Source of the DNA: Oligoflexales bacterium
GTDB taxonomy: Bacteria > Bdellovibrionota_B > Oligoflexia > Oligoflexales > Bog-1112
Assembly: GCA_045106415.1 (NCBI GenBank)
Contig: JBGCEP010000012.1
Span: forward strand, 8,976-72,975
Direction: 5' to 3'
DNA length: 64,000 bases
Each line of letters begins with the position of its first letter. The stretch's first letter is position 1. A program made the position numbers and the translations under genes. The notes under the pieces were generated by a model that was not told the origin of the DNA, did no database searches, and saw nothing but the letters and a program-made list of their open reading frames with translations. Below, piece by piece: positions 9,323-18,577 of this stretch.

Positions 9323-10210
9323 GTGGCTATCACCGCATCTCAAGTTAAAGAACTTCGTCAGCGCACAGGCGCTGGCATGATGGATTGCAAAAAAGCTCTT
9401 ACTGAAAAAGATGGAGATCTTGAATCAGCAATCCAGTGGCTTCGTGAAAAAGGTATTTCTCGCGCAGCAAAAAAAGCAGGCCGCACAGCCGCTGAGGGCG
9501 TTGTCACTGTTCGCGTAAGCGAAGACAACAAAACCGGCGTAGTCATTGAACTCAACTGCGAAACAGACTTTTCCGCTCGCAACGAAGAGTTCCAAAAGTT
9601 CGCAACTGTCACAGCTGATGTCGCTCTAGCAAACAAAACAAATAGCGCCGAACAGCTTCTTGAGTGCAATCATGAAGGAAAAACCCTTCAAGACACACTT
9701 ACAGCACTCATTGCAACTGTTGGCGAAAACATGAAAATTCGCCGTGTTCATTGCCTTGAGGCAAAAGACGGCGTTGTCGCTGGGTACACTCACATGGGTG
9801 GAAAAATTGGTTCTTTAGTCGCTCTTTCTGGAGCTGCTCCAGAAGCAACAGCCAACGATGTTGCTATGCACATTGCTGCTGCTGCCCCTCGTTTCTTACA
9901 ACGAGAAGAAGTTGGCACAGTAGAGCTTGACAAAGAAAAAGAAGTCATTCGTAAGCGTCTGCAAGAACAAGGAAAGCCTGAAGCAATTATTGAAAAGGCA
10001 CTTCTTGGTCAAATCAACTCCTATTACGGAGAAGTTTGCCTTATAGACCAACCTTTTGTTAAAGAACCCAAGAAGAAGGTTGCACAATACGTGAAAGAAT
10101 CTAATGCTGATTCTACTATCACGGGCTTTGCTCGCTTCCAACTTGGCGAAGGCATTGAGGTTGCCGAGACAAACTTTGCTGAGGAAGTTGCAGCTCAAAT
10201 TAAATCTTAA
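9323..10210 (+). CDS. tsf: Elongation factor Ts
   Basis: VKELRQRTGAGMMDCKKAL, ELNCETDF. Confidence 0.98.
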   Translation: MAITASQVKELRQRTGAGMMDCKKALTEKDGDLESAIQWLREKGISRAAKKAGRTAAEGVVTVRVSEDNKTGVVIELNCETDFSARNEEFQKFATVTADVALANKTNSAEQLLECNHEGKTLQDTLTALIATVGENMKIRRVHCLEAKDGVVAGYTHMGGKIGSLVALSGAAPEATANDVAMHIAAAAPRFLQREEVGTVELDKEKEVIRKRLQEQGKPEAIIEKALLGQINSYYGEVCLIDQPFVKEPKKKVAQYVKESNADSTITGFARFQLGEGIEVAETNFAEEVAAQIKS

Positions 10211-10237
10211 TCTCTCGGCCTCGATAAGGGGAATCTC

Positions 10238-10942
10238 ATGTCGCAACGTGTGATGCTTAAGCTTTCAGGGGAAATGTTAGGTGGTCAAGACCACTCAAAT
10301 TTCAACGCAGACGCTCTTTCTCTCATTGCTCATGAGATTCAATCCTTGCACGAAGCCGATTATGAGGTCGCCGCCGTTATAGGCGGCGGCAACATTTGGC
10401 GCGGCGCCATCGCCTCTGAGTTTGGCATGAACCGCGCTTCCGCCGACTATATGGGCATGCTTGCGACATGCATTAACGCTCTCGCTCTACAAGAAGTTCT
10501 GGAAAATCGATGTAACATACCCACTCGAGTTATGACCTCTCTAGGTATCCCAGAACTCGCAGAACCATACATTCGCCGAAGAGCAGATAAGCACCTTAAA
10601 AATAAGTCCATAGTCTTATTTGCAGGCGGGACTGGCAACCCATTCTTCACGACAGATACAGCCGCATCATTAAGAGCTCGAGAAATCGGCGCTCATATGA
10701 TTTTAAAGGCTACAAAAGTGGACGGCATTTACGACAAAGATCCTCTCAAGCACCCTGACGCGAAACGCTACCAAACTCTCTCATACCTTGATGTCATTTC
10801 ACAAAAGCTCGGTGTTATGGATGCCACCGCAATGACAATGTGTATGGAGTCTCACATCCCTATAAAAGTTTTTAAACTCGACTCTCCTGGATGTGTACTT
10901 AACGCTATCCAAAACCCTGAAGTCGGGACGACTGTGAAATAA
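10238..10942 (+). CDS. pyrH: UMP kinase
   Basis: LKLSGE, GGGNIWRG, DYMGMLAT, GTGNPFFTTD. Confidence 0.98.
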   Translation: MSQRVMLKLSGEMLGGQDHSNFNADALSLIAHEIQSLHEADYEVAAVIGGGNIWRGAIASEFGMNRASADYMGMLATCINALALQEVLENRCNIPTRVMTSLGIPELAEPYIRRRADKHLKNKSIVLFAGGTGNPFFTTDTAASLRAREIGAHMILKATKVDGIYDKDPLKHPDAKRYQTLSYLDVISQKLGVMDATAMTMCMESHIPIKVFKLDSPGCVLNAIQNPEVGTTVK

Positions 10943-10953
10943 AGGATCAAAAC

Positions 10954-11508
10954 ATGCAAAACTCCCTCAACGAGTGCAAAACAAAAATGCAAAAAAGCAT
11001 TGAATCTTTAGAGCGCGAGCTCGCCAAAGTCCGAACTGGCCGCGCTTCAGCCTCTCTTTTAGACAGCGTCCGCGTAGACTACTATGGCTCACCAACACCA
11101 CTCAATCAGGTTGCCTCTATCTCCATTCCTGACGCTCGCAGTATTGTCATCGCTCCTTTCGAAAAAAAGATCATTTCTGAAGTCGAACGAGCTATTCAAA
11201 TGTCAAACTTAGGAATTCAGCCATCAAACGATGGCAACGTTGTTCGTTTGCCCATTCCTCCATTGAATGCAGAACGCAGAAAAGAAATAGCCAAATCTCT
11301 CAAGAAAATTGGAGAAACCGCAAAAATTTCAATTCGACAAGTTCGACAAGATTTCAATAGCAAAATGAAGCAAGCTGAAAAATCAAAAGAGACATCTGAA
11401 GACGAAAGTCGCCAGTTGCAAAAAGAAGCGCAAACCCAAACCGACAGTTATGTCAAAATTGTCGATGAAAAAGTAAGCGCTAAAGAAAAAGAAGTCATGA
11501 CAGTTTAA
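10954..11508 (+). CDS. frr: Ribosome recycling factor
   Basis: VRTGRAS..LLD...VDYYG..TPLNQVA, PPLNAERRKE. Confidence 0.98.
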   Translation: MQNSLNECKTKMQKSIESLERELAKVRTGRASASLLDSVRVDYYGSPTPLNQVASISIPDARSIVIAPFEKKIISEVERAIQMSNLGIQPSNDGNVVRLPIPPLNAERRKEIAKSLKKIGETAKISIRQVRQDFNSKMKQAEKSKETSEDESRQLQKEAQTQTDSYVKIVDEKVSAKEKEVMTV

Positions 11509-11520
11509 TCTCTTTCGCAT

Positions 11521-11566
11521 TCTCATATCGGTGGAGTTGAAAAATACACATTCAACCGATATGAGA
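11521..11566. other. Strong stem-loop between frr and the TnpB relic
   Basis: TCTCATATCGG/CCGATATGAGA arms with inner GTTGAA/TTCAAC. Confidence 0.6.
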
Positions 11567-11639
11567 CAACCAGTTAAATACACATCACCATGCAAAGAAA
11601 ACTCTTTTTTACTTAGACCTAAAAAGCCGCAGCCTTTCA

Positions 11640-12142
11640 CTTAAGCCATCAGCTCCACTTTCTGCAAAAACTTAAAGTCACCTACTCAGATTTAAAATAA
11701 AATTTTTGCTTCAACGCATATGCTTCACTTTGAAAAAATTTTCGTTGGAACGATCCACAGTAATGACCACAGATCTTTCGCCTTGGCTGCGTCTTCAAAC
11801 TGCCTTCTAAATCCACCAGAGCCATGCTCGCTATAGATTTTGTTGATTTTAAGCTGACAGCAGTTTTCATCATTTCTGTAACATGAAGATTCTCAATAGA
11901 AAGACAACCATAAAGCTCAATAAGGCAACACATCAATTTATGAAAATTACCTTGCCGTATATAAGCGATACGAGCACGACATACTTGCAGATTTCTTTAA
12001 TCTCCAGCTTGGCGCAAGAGTCTTTTTGAATGCGACTCCAGATACGCTAAAGTCCTTGTCATTTCTCGGGATGATCGAAAACCTCACCACTCGAAAGTGA
12101 GGATCGATGCGAAATACCCAGATTAAGGAAAATCATTTCCAT
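11640..12142 (-). pseudogene. tnpB: Degraded TnpB (IS605/IS607 family RNA-guided nuclease) remnant
   Basis: Across frames: NLGISHRSSLSSGEVFDHPEK (RuvC-I-like), RIAYIRQGNFHKL...LSIENLHVTEMMK...KSIAS (RuvC-II IEDL-like), GGFRRQFEDAAK, VITVDR, SK*SIC; stops and frameshifts. Confidence 0.75.
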
Positions 12143-12159
12143 AATCTCTAGATACAGCC

Positions 12160-13287
12160 TCAGTCTTCAAGACCATCTAGCTCAAGCCTTCTTTTCTTAA
12201 CTTTTTCCACCAGCGTTGTCCTATTTAGCTTAAGGAGCTGGGCTGCTTTATTTTTATTATTTCCCGTTCTCTCTAGTGCTTGACGAATCAAACTATTCTC
12301 AATCTCTCTTAAATGAAGAGTCAAATCGATTCCTTTTTCGGGCAACACCTCTAAAGAAGACTGCGGACAAGCATTTATACTTTCAGATTTTTTTGCATGA
12401 ATTCGCTGTTCAAACGAATTCTGAAAATACCCTTCGTTTGACAAAAACTCTGCCGGCAGATCTTCTCGACGAATCTCTCCGCCACCCTTAGTAATCACAA
12501 GCCTTTCAACCAAATTCTGAAGCTGCCGAACATTCCCTGGCCAATAATGGCTTCTTAAAGCCTCTAATGCATCATGAGACAACCAGCAGTCATCGCGGAG
12601 CTTATGAGACCTGTTAGAACAGTTCAAAAAATGCTCAAGAAGATCCGATATATCTTCCGGCCTCTCTCGCAATGATGGAACTAAGATAGGGAGAACATTT
12701 AAACGATAGAAAAGATCAAGTCGGAATTTCTTTTCATAGACTGCCAGTTCAATATCAACATTAGTGGCAGCAACAATTCTCACATCAGCTTGCTGAACAA
12801 CGTGCCCACCAACACGAGTAAATTGCTTTTCTTGCAACACTCTCAATAATTTAGCCTGAAGCCTTAAAGGCATGTCACCAATTTCATCTAAAAAGATTGT
12901 ACCACCTACAGCACGACCAAAAAGCCCTAGACGCGGCCTATCTGCTCCTGTGAAGGCACCTTTCTCATGACCGAAGAGCTCTGACTCCAAAAGTTCTTCC
13001 GGAATAGCGCTGCAGTTAATAGCAACAAACTCCTTCGAAGCTCTACGAGAAAGTCGATGGATAGAGGCAGCAATCAGTTCTTTACCAGTCCCACTCTCAC
13101 CTTGAATCAACACAGCGCTATCTGATTGCGCCACCTTGCTCACGGTCTCAAGGATCTGACAAACTGTTCGCGACTTCCCTATGATCTCCGGAAACAGTTC
13201 TCGATGGTAACTCAAGGGTTTTTCAAAACCCTTCCATTGCAAACCGCTTTCGGAAGACGCACGAAATGGCAAATCTGGCATACTCAT
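12160..13287 (-). CDS. Sigma54-dependent enhancer-binding protein (AAA+ and Fis HTH, no sensory domain)
   Basis: GESGTGKE, ESELFGHEKGAFTGA, FLDEIGD, WPGNVRQLQN, NKNKAAQLLKLNRTTL. Confidence 0.95.
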   Translation of the reverse strand: MSMPDLPFRASSESGLQWKGFEKPLSYHRELFPEIIGKSRTVCQILETVSKVAQSDSAVLIQGESGTGKELIAASIHRLSRRASKEFVAINCSAIPEELLESELFGHEKGAFTGADRPRLGLFGRAVGGTIFLDEIGDMPLRLQAKLLRVLQEKQFTRVGGHVVQQADVRIVAATNVDIELAVYEKKFRLDLFYRLNVLPILVPSLRERPEDISDLLEHFLNCSNRSHKLRDDCWLSHDALEALRSHYWPGNVRQLQNLVERLVITKGGGEIRREDLPAEFLSNEGYFQNSFEQRIHAKKSESINACPQSSLEVLPEKGIDLTLHLREIENSLIRQALERTGNNKNKAAQLLKLNRTTLVEKVKKRRLELDGLED

Positions 13288-13445
13288 ACGTATTTCAGTC
13301 TCCTAAGGATATCCACGACTGACTATATGAAGAAATCGATGTAGTCTGGTTGAGACAAACGAAATGTCACTGAGGTCTATATCTCCATAATACCTCAGGT
13401 GATTGAGCACGAGCAAATTCAAACAGAGTACATGGGAGGCTTATT

Positions 13446-14537
13446 TTGAAAGTTGCATTGATTCACGACTGGCTTGTTGAGTATCGCGGCGGAGAAAAGG
13501 TGCTCCTTGAGCTTGCTCGCCTGTACCCTGAAGCTCCAATCTACACTCTGTTTTTTCAGAAAGAATCTCTCCCCACAGAACTTTCTGAACGCGACATCCG
13601 ATATCCAAAAGCTCTCCAAAAATTTCAAAAAATAAGAAAAATTCTTTTGCCATTTTTTCCGTCTATCATAGAAAGTTTCGATCTATCTGAGTTTGATCTC
13701 ATCATATCAACCTCATCATGCGTGGCTAAAGGCATCATCCCACCACCAACAACACCCCACATATGCTATATACATAGCCCCATGCGATATATTTGGGATC
13801 AAAGACACGAATACTTACAAAGCCTGCAAAAATTTCCTGGTCTCTCATGGAGCTACCATTGGTTGAGCTCAAAACTTCGAATCTGGGACACAACAAGTGC
13901 TTCACGAGTCACAAGCTTTGTCACAAACTCTCAATACGTTGCAGCCAGAGTTCAGACATACTACGGAAAAAAAAGCACAGTCATTCATCCACCTGTTGAT
14001 CTCACCCGCTTTGCCTATACCGGCACCCCAAAACATGACTACATGCTCTGCGCTGGAGCCATGGTATCCTACAAACGATTTGACCTAGCAATCGAAGTGA
14101 GTCGAATCACTCAAAAGCCCCTTATCATTGCAGGACGCGGCCCAGAGCTAAAAAAATTAAGATCCCTTGCACACAATTTAGTCACAATTATCGAATCTCC
14201 CAGCGATGAAAAAATGTTAGAGCTTATTCAGCATGCTAAAATTTTCTTATTTCCCGGCATTGAAGATTTTGGCATCATCGCTGTAGAGGCTCTATCCTGT
14301 GGCACTCCTGTTATCGCACCAAAAAAAGGGGGGGCTTGCGACTTCATTCAGCACCAAAGAAATGGTTTACTACTCTCTCAGGTCACAGCACACAGTTTAG
14401 CCGAAGCAGCTCAAGAGGCTTACGACAAAAATTGGAATCATAAAGAAATATCTCAAAGCGCGACTCCATTCTCATGTGAAAACTTTAACCAAAATATTCA
14501 AAGTCACATTAAACAAGTTTTAAAAGAGGCACACTGA
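13446..14537 (+). CDS. Glycosyltransferase family 4
   Basis: MKVALIHDWL...GGEKV, HSPMRYIWD, YKRFDL, EDFGI..VEA; GGAGG RBS with TTG start. Confidence 0.92.
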   Translation: MKVALIHDWLVEYRGGEKVLLELARLYPEAPIYTLFFQKESLPTELSERDIRYPKALQKFQKIRKILLPFFPSIIESFDLSEFDLIISTSSCVAKGIIPPPTTPHICYIHSPMRYIWDQRHEYLQSLQKFPGLSWSYHWLSSKLRIWDTTSASRVTSFVTNSQYVAARVQTYYGKKSTVIHPPVDLTRFAYTGTPKHDYMLCAGAMVSYKRFDLAIEVSRITQKPLIIAGRGPELKKLRSLAHNLVTIIESPSDEKMLELIQHAKIFLFPGIEDFGIIAVEALSCGTPVIAPKKGGACDFIQHQRNGLLLSQVTAHSLAEAAQEAYDKNWNHKEISQSATPFSCENFNQNIQSHIKQVLKEAH

Positions 14538-15886
14538 TGTCAAAATCATACTCAAACCAACCTTTCCAGATAGCATTCGACACACTTTTAGTTATCATAG
14601 CCTGGATTTGTGCTTACGCTCTCCGATTTCACACTCATTTACCTATACCCAAGGGCACTCCAGATTTTTCTCATTACCTAAAACTGATCCCCCTTGTTGG
14701 TATTTCTTGGGGTCTCATTCTTGCTCTCAGCACCCTTTATCAACCTAAGATTTCAATCCGGAAAACTCATAAAGAAATTATAAAAAGTTGTTTTTTCGCA
14801 ACAATATTTTTTCTTGCTCTCACGTCTTTTTATCATGAATTTCGTTATTCACGAGGAGCTTTGCTCTTCTTTGTTGTGCTACACCCTGTAACTCTCATGC
14901 TTTGGCACAGCCTGCAAAGAAAAATGTTAAGAAAACAAAAACCTCAAAAAACACTTGTAATCGCCAGCTATGAACGCCTTAAACAACTTGAAGATTTATT
15001 CCCAAAACATGAAATCGATTGCGTCATCTTGCTTTCTGGCTCTCAAGAAAGAATTCCTTACCCAACCCACAAGCGACCGGAACACTGGTTAGATTTTCTC
15101 TCTAAGTACCAGTACACAAACATTGTCATTCTCACAAACCATACAGATACAGAAACTCTTCAAAAAGACCTTCCGACCCTTGTGGACCAAACTCTTGACA
15201 TAAAAGTTATTCCTGACATCTCAGAATACAGACGATTCGGAGTGGACATTGACATCATCAATCACACTCCAATTATACAACTACAAGCCTGCCCCCTTTC
15301 AGGGTTCAATATTAGTATTAAACGCTGCGTAGATCTTCTCGGTGCTGTTGTCGCACTCTTTATCTTTTCACCAGTCATGATCCTTCTAAGCTTTCTCATT
15401 CCTTTTTCTTCCCGCGGCCCTATTCTTTATAGACAAACAAGAATAGGAATCGATGGCGAAACATTTGAAATTCTAAAATTTCGCAGCATGCCAATCTCCG
15501 CAGAAGCACAAACTGGTGCAATTTTTGCTACTGCGACAGACAATAGAGCAACATGGCTCGGACGCTTCATGAGAAAAACAAGCCTAGATGAACTACCACA
15601 ACTTTTAAACGTCCTACTTGGAGATATGAGCCTCGTTGGACCACGCCCAGAAAGACCTGTTTTTGTTGATCAGTTTCGAAGAGAGATACCTGCATATATG
15701 CTACGACATAAAGTACGAGCAGGTATGACAGGGTGGGCTCAAATCAACGGATGGAGAGGCAACACAAGTATTCACAAAAGAATCGAATGCGACCTCTATT
15801 ATATTCAAAACTGGTCTTTGTGGCTTGATATAAAAATTCTTTTTTTAACTGTTTTTAAAGGCTTCATAAGCCCACAAGCTTATTAA
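14537..15886 (+). CDS. Undecaprenyl-phosphate glucose phosphotransferase (WcaJ/GumD-like)
   Basis: N-terminal TMs, KRCVDL, KFRSM, RKTSLDELPQLLNVL.GDMSLVGPRPERP, GMTGWAQING. Confidence 0.92.
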   Translation: MSKSYSNQPFQIAFDTLLVIIAWICAYALRFHTHLPIPKGTPDFSHYLKLIPLVGISWGLILALSTLYQPKISIRKTHKEIIKSCFFATIFFLALTSFYHEFRYSRGALLFFVVLHPVTLMLWHSLQRKMLRKQKPQKTLVIASYERLKQLEDLFPKHEIDCVILLSGSQERIPYPTHKRPEHWLDFLSKYQYTNIVILTNHTDTETLQKDLPTLVDQTLDIKVIPDISEYRRFGVDIDIINHTPIIQLQACPLSGFNISIKRCVDLLGAVVALFIFSPVMILLSFLIPFSSRGPILYRQTRIGIDGETFEILKFRSMPISAEAQTGAIFATATDNRATWLGRFMRKTSLDELPQLLNVLLGDMSLVGPRPERPVFVDQFRREIPAYMLRHKVRAGMTGWAQINGWRGNTSIHKRIECDLYYIQNWSLWLDIKILFLTVFKGFISPQAY

Positions 15887-15936
15887 AATTAAAATATAAA
15901 AAACAACTTTTGACGCTTTAAAGCAAAGAGATTTTT

Positions 15937-16623
15937 ATGCCTGAATCTGCATTGTTTCCCATTCTCGTATTAGATGACGATCCTATTGTCGCTATGCTTA
16001 TACACTCGATCACTGGACATGAAATCAAACACTTCAAAAACTCCAACGAAACGCTTGAGCACATCACAGAATTAAATCCCACAGCATGCTTTGTTGATAT
16101 TCATCTTGGCGTCAAAGACAACGGTTTAGAAACGATTCCAAGGCTTCGAGAAGCCTACCCTCACACCCCTATTATTGTACTCAGCGGAAGCCCAGATAAA
16201 ACTATTATCGCAGACGCCCTTGCATCTGGAGCTGACGATTTTATAAGAAAACCTCTTAATAAAGAAGAAGTCAACGCACGTCTGCAAGTACGAACACATG
16301 AACACCACCTTAGGAAAAATCAAACAGAAATTCTCTTTGGCGATCTCAAACTTGATACTCATCAGCGATATATCTCTTCAGAGAGCACAAAAGAAATTCG
16401 CTATATTTCTTCAACCGATGTGAACCTACTCTTATGTTTCATTGAGTCTAAAGGAAATATTTTAAAACGACATTATCTCAAACAGCGCTGCTGGGGGCCA
16501 ACACACGTCACCGACAATGCTCTAAATAGAAAGATATGTGAAATCCGAAAAATCATAGGTGAACTTTCGTTACAGATAAAAATAAGAACTGTTTATGGAG
16601 CTGGTTTCGTATTAGAGGACTAA
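15937..16623 (+). CDS. OmpR-family response regulator (no kinase gene nearby)
   Basis: LVLDDD, VDIHLG, GADDFIRKP, IRTVYGAGF. Confidence 0.9.
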   Translation: MPESALFPILVLDDDPIVAMLIHSITGHEIKHFKNSNETLEHITELNPTACFVDIHLGVKDNGLETIPRLREAYPHTPIIVLSGSPDKTIIADALASGADDFIRKPLNKEEVNARLQVRTHEHHLRKNQTEILFGDLKLDTHQRYISSESTKEIRYISSTDVNLLLCFIESKGNILKRHYLKQRCWGPTHVTDNALNRKICEIRKIIGELSLQIKIRTVYGAGFVLED

Positions 16624-16680
16624 CAGCAGCACACTAAAATCCTAATTATTTCCGTTGCTGACAAGGCTGGATAAGCATAA

Positions 16681-16902
16681 AAATCATCAGATTTTTTGGT
16701 GGGGGAAGTGATGCATTTTATATCTATCAGCGAAACAACTCTTCGCAGATGGGATAAAGAAAAAACCTTATAATCATCACGCAAAACACCAGGTGGTCAC
16801 CACATGTATGATTATCAAAATATTTTAAAATTTGTTGGTAAGAAACAACGGTCTTGAAAAAGAGTCCGCCTTGGGTATGCCCGCTGTATCCAACTAAAAC
16901 GC
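16681..16902 (+). pseudogene. IS607-family transposase (MerR-HTH serine recombinase) N-terminal remnant
   Basis: In frame from 16681: ISETTLRRWDKEKTL*SSRKTPGGHHMYD...KRVRLGYARC; two in-frame stops, truncated after GYAR. Confidence 0.8.
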
Positions 16903-17202
16903 TCCGTCAGCTTTCATATCCTCAATTTCCTAATTTTTAACATATGCCCTACTTTAGATGAAAACCATATGGCAATGACAATTCCATTCTTAACGAGTCA
17001 ATTATTTATGCACGCGACCTCAAATTGTGCGAGGTGACGATCGTGTAGCAACACCATTTTACATCTAAATTTGGAGATCTTGCTTCGCAGCGAAAAAGTT
17101 TTTATAAACGCGACACCTCCTTTAGAGAGGTCTTCTACATCACTGCTATAGTCCAACATCTTCTTATTCCACTTGCCAAACCAGTGGCTTACCTATTTTC
17201 AA

Positions 17203-17466
17203 TTACTTAACAATAGATTCAACTGATTTACGACTTTTCTGAATGCGACCGCGAAAATTTGATCGTAATTTAATAATAGATTGTAAAGATTGCGCCTTCC
17301 GCCCTCTCAAAAAAAATCCACTTGGAGCTTTCATCTTTCCTTCCAACAAAGATCCTTCAAAATCAATTTCTGTTACGGACTTCGCTTTTTTTGACTTTTT
17401 TCTCGCAACTGAAATCGTTGAAAAAGAAAAACACAAAACTATAAATGCACAAAAACGAAATCTCAT
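17203..17466 (-). CDS. GltF/CglF-like small exported protein
   Basis: Signal peptide, TEIDFEGSLLEGKMKAP...IIKLRSNF; last gene of the TPR operon. Confidence 0.75.
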   Translation of the reverse strand: MRFRFCAFIVLCFSFSTISVARKKSKKAKSVTEIDFEGSLLEGKMKAPSGFFLRGRKAQSLQSIIKLRSNFRGRIQKSRKSVESIVK

Positions 17467-18566
17467 AAGTCTTCTCCTAGTAGCTCTTTTTCAAGCTCTT
17501 CTAACTCATCAATTTCTTGTGTTTTTACCGCTGAAGCTGAATCACGTTTTTTTTCTGAGCGAGAACGTTTCACTTCAGGTTTACTACGATTTAATCTTTG
17601 TCTTGATGATGCAGATTTTCGAGATCTTGAATTTGAGTTGTTTTTTAATGAACTTGCGAGGCGGTTGATTTCACTATACGACATTCTCTCATCACGATCT
17701 TTAATAAGCGTATTAAGTCGTTTCACTAAAGCAAAGGCCGATTGTGTTCTTGCTGAAGACTTTTCTTCGCTTTTCAGCAAGAGTCGTAAATCATCCATCG
17801 CATCATCATATTCTTTCATATCAGCAAGAATAGATGCTCGGTTATAAAGAGCTACTGCATTTTTATTATCATAGCTTAGAACGTCATCTATTTTATCTAA
17901 AGCTTGATCATATTTGCCCTTCGCTGCATCAATCATAGCTAAGTGCATTTCAGCATCTCTATGCTCAGGGACAACATTTAAAACTCTTTCAAATTGAATA
18001 GCAGCCTCACTCAACCTTCTATAACGAAAAAACTGAACCCCCATATTCATGCGAATAGCTGTATTATCAGGATCGACATCAAGAGCTTTTGAAAAAAGAT
18101 GCATTCCTAAATCATGATTCTTTCTACGCACTTCTACTAAAGCTAGAAGATTTAAAACAGAGGCATCTGTTGAATCTTTCCCTCCTAAAACTTCTAACAT
18201 CATAGACGACATATCTAAAAGATCTTTCCGATAAAAGACTCCCGCTAAAATCAATTTCGCTCTCTTATTTTTCATGTCATATCGTAGAGCTTGCCTTACC
18301 CAGTATTCAGATTTATCAATATTATTCAGCATTAAATAAAGATCAGATAAATCAAGCATTTTCGAGGTTGATTCTTTATTCATAGAAATATTTTGTTTTA
18401 AATCACGAATCGCATATTGAATTGATTCTTTACTTTTCCCATGATTTAAAGGAGAAGATAGATCATCATTCGAAATAACATGGACATCTTTATCATAAGA
18501 TTTTGCTTCTGGATGATAAGTTGCACACCCAACACCATAAACCCATATAAATAGTAAATACTTCAT
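17463..18566 (-). CDS. TPR lipoprotein, GltE/AglT-like
   Basis: VGC lipobox, TPR repeats, position between GltD-like and GltF-like genes. Confidence 0.7.
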   Translation of the reverse strand: MKYLLFIWVYGVGCATYHPEAKSYDKDVHVISNDDLSSPLNHGKSKESIQYAIRDLKQNISMNKESTSKMLDLSDLYLMLNNIDKSEYWVRQALRYDMKNKRAKLILAGVFYRKDLLDMSSMMLEVLGGKDSTDASVLNLLALVEVRRKNHDLGMHLFSKALDVDPDNTAIRMNMGVQFFRYRRLSEAAIQFERVLNVVPEHRDAEMHLAMIDAAKGKYDQALDKIDDVLSYDNKNAVALYNRASILADMKEYDDAMDDLRLLLKSEEKSSARTQSAFALVKRLNTLIKDRDERMSYSEINRLASSLKNNSNSRSRKSASSRQRLNRSKPEVKRSRSEKKRDSASAVKTQEIDELEELEKELLGEDL

Positions 18567-18577
18567 AGAAACCTCTA

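Noticed and set aside
11682..11936. 84-aa ORF as a real gene
   Set aside because: It is a fragment of the frameshifted TnpB pseudogene.
12061..12130. c-di-GMP-I (GEMM) riboswitch-like hairpin CCTCAC...GAAA-GTGAGG on the plus strand
   Set aside because: Lacks the GGCAAA/GACGCAAAGC consensus, has no downstream plus-strand gene, and is explained as the antisense of the TnpB relic.
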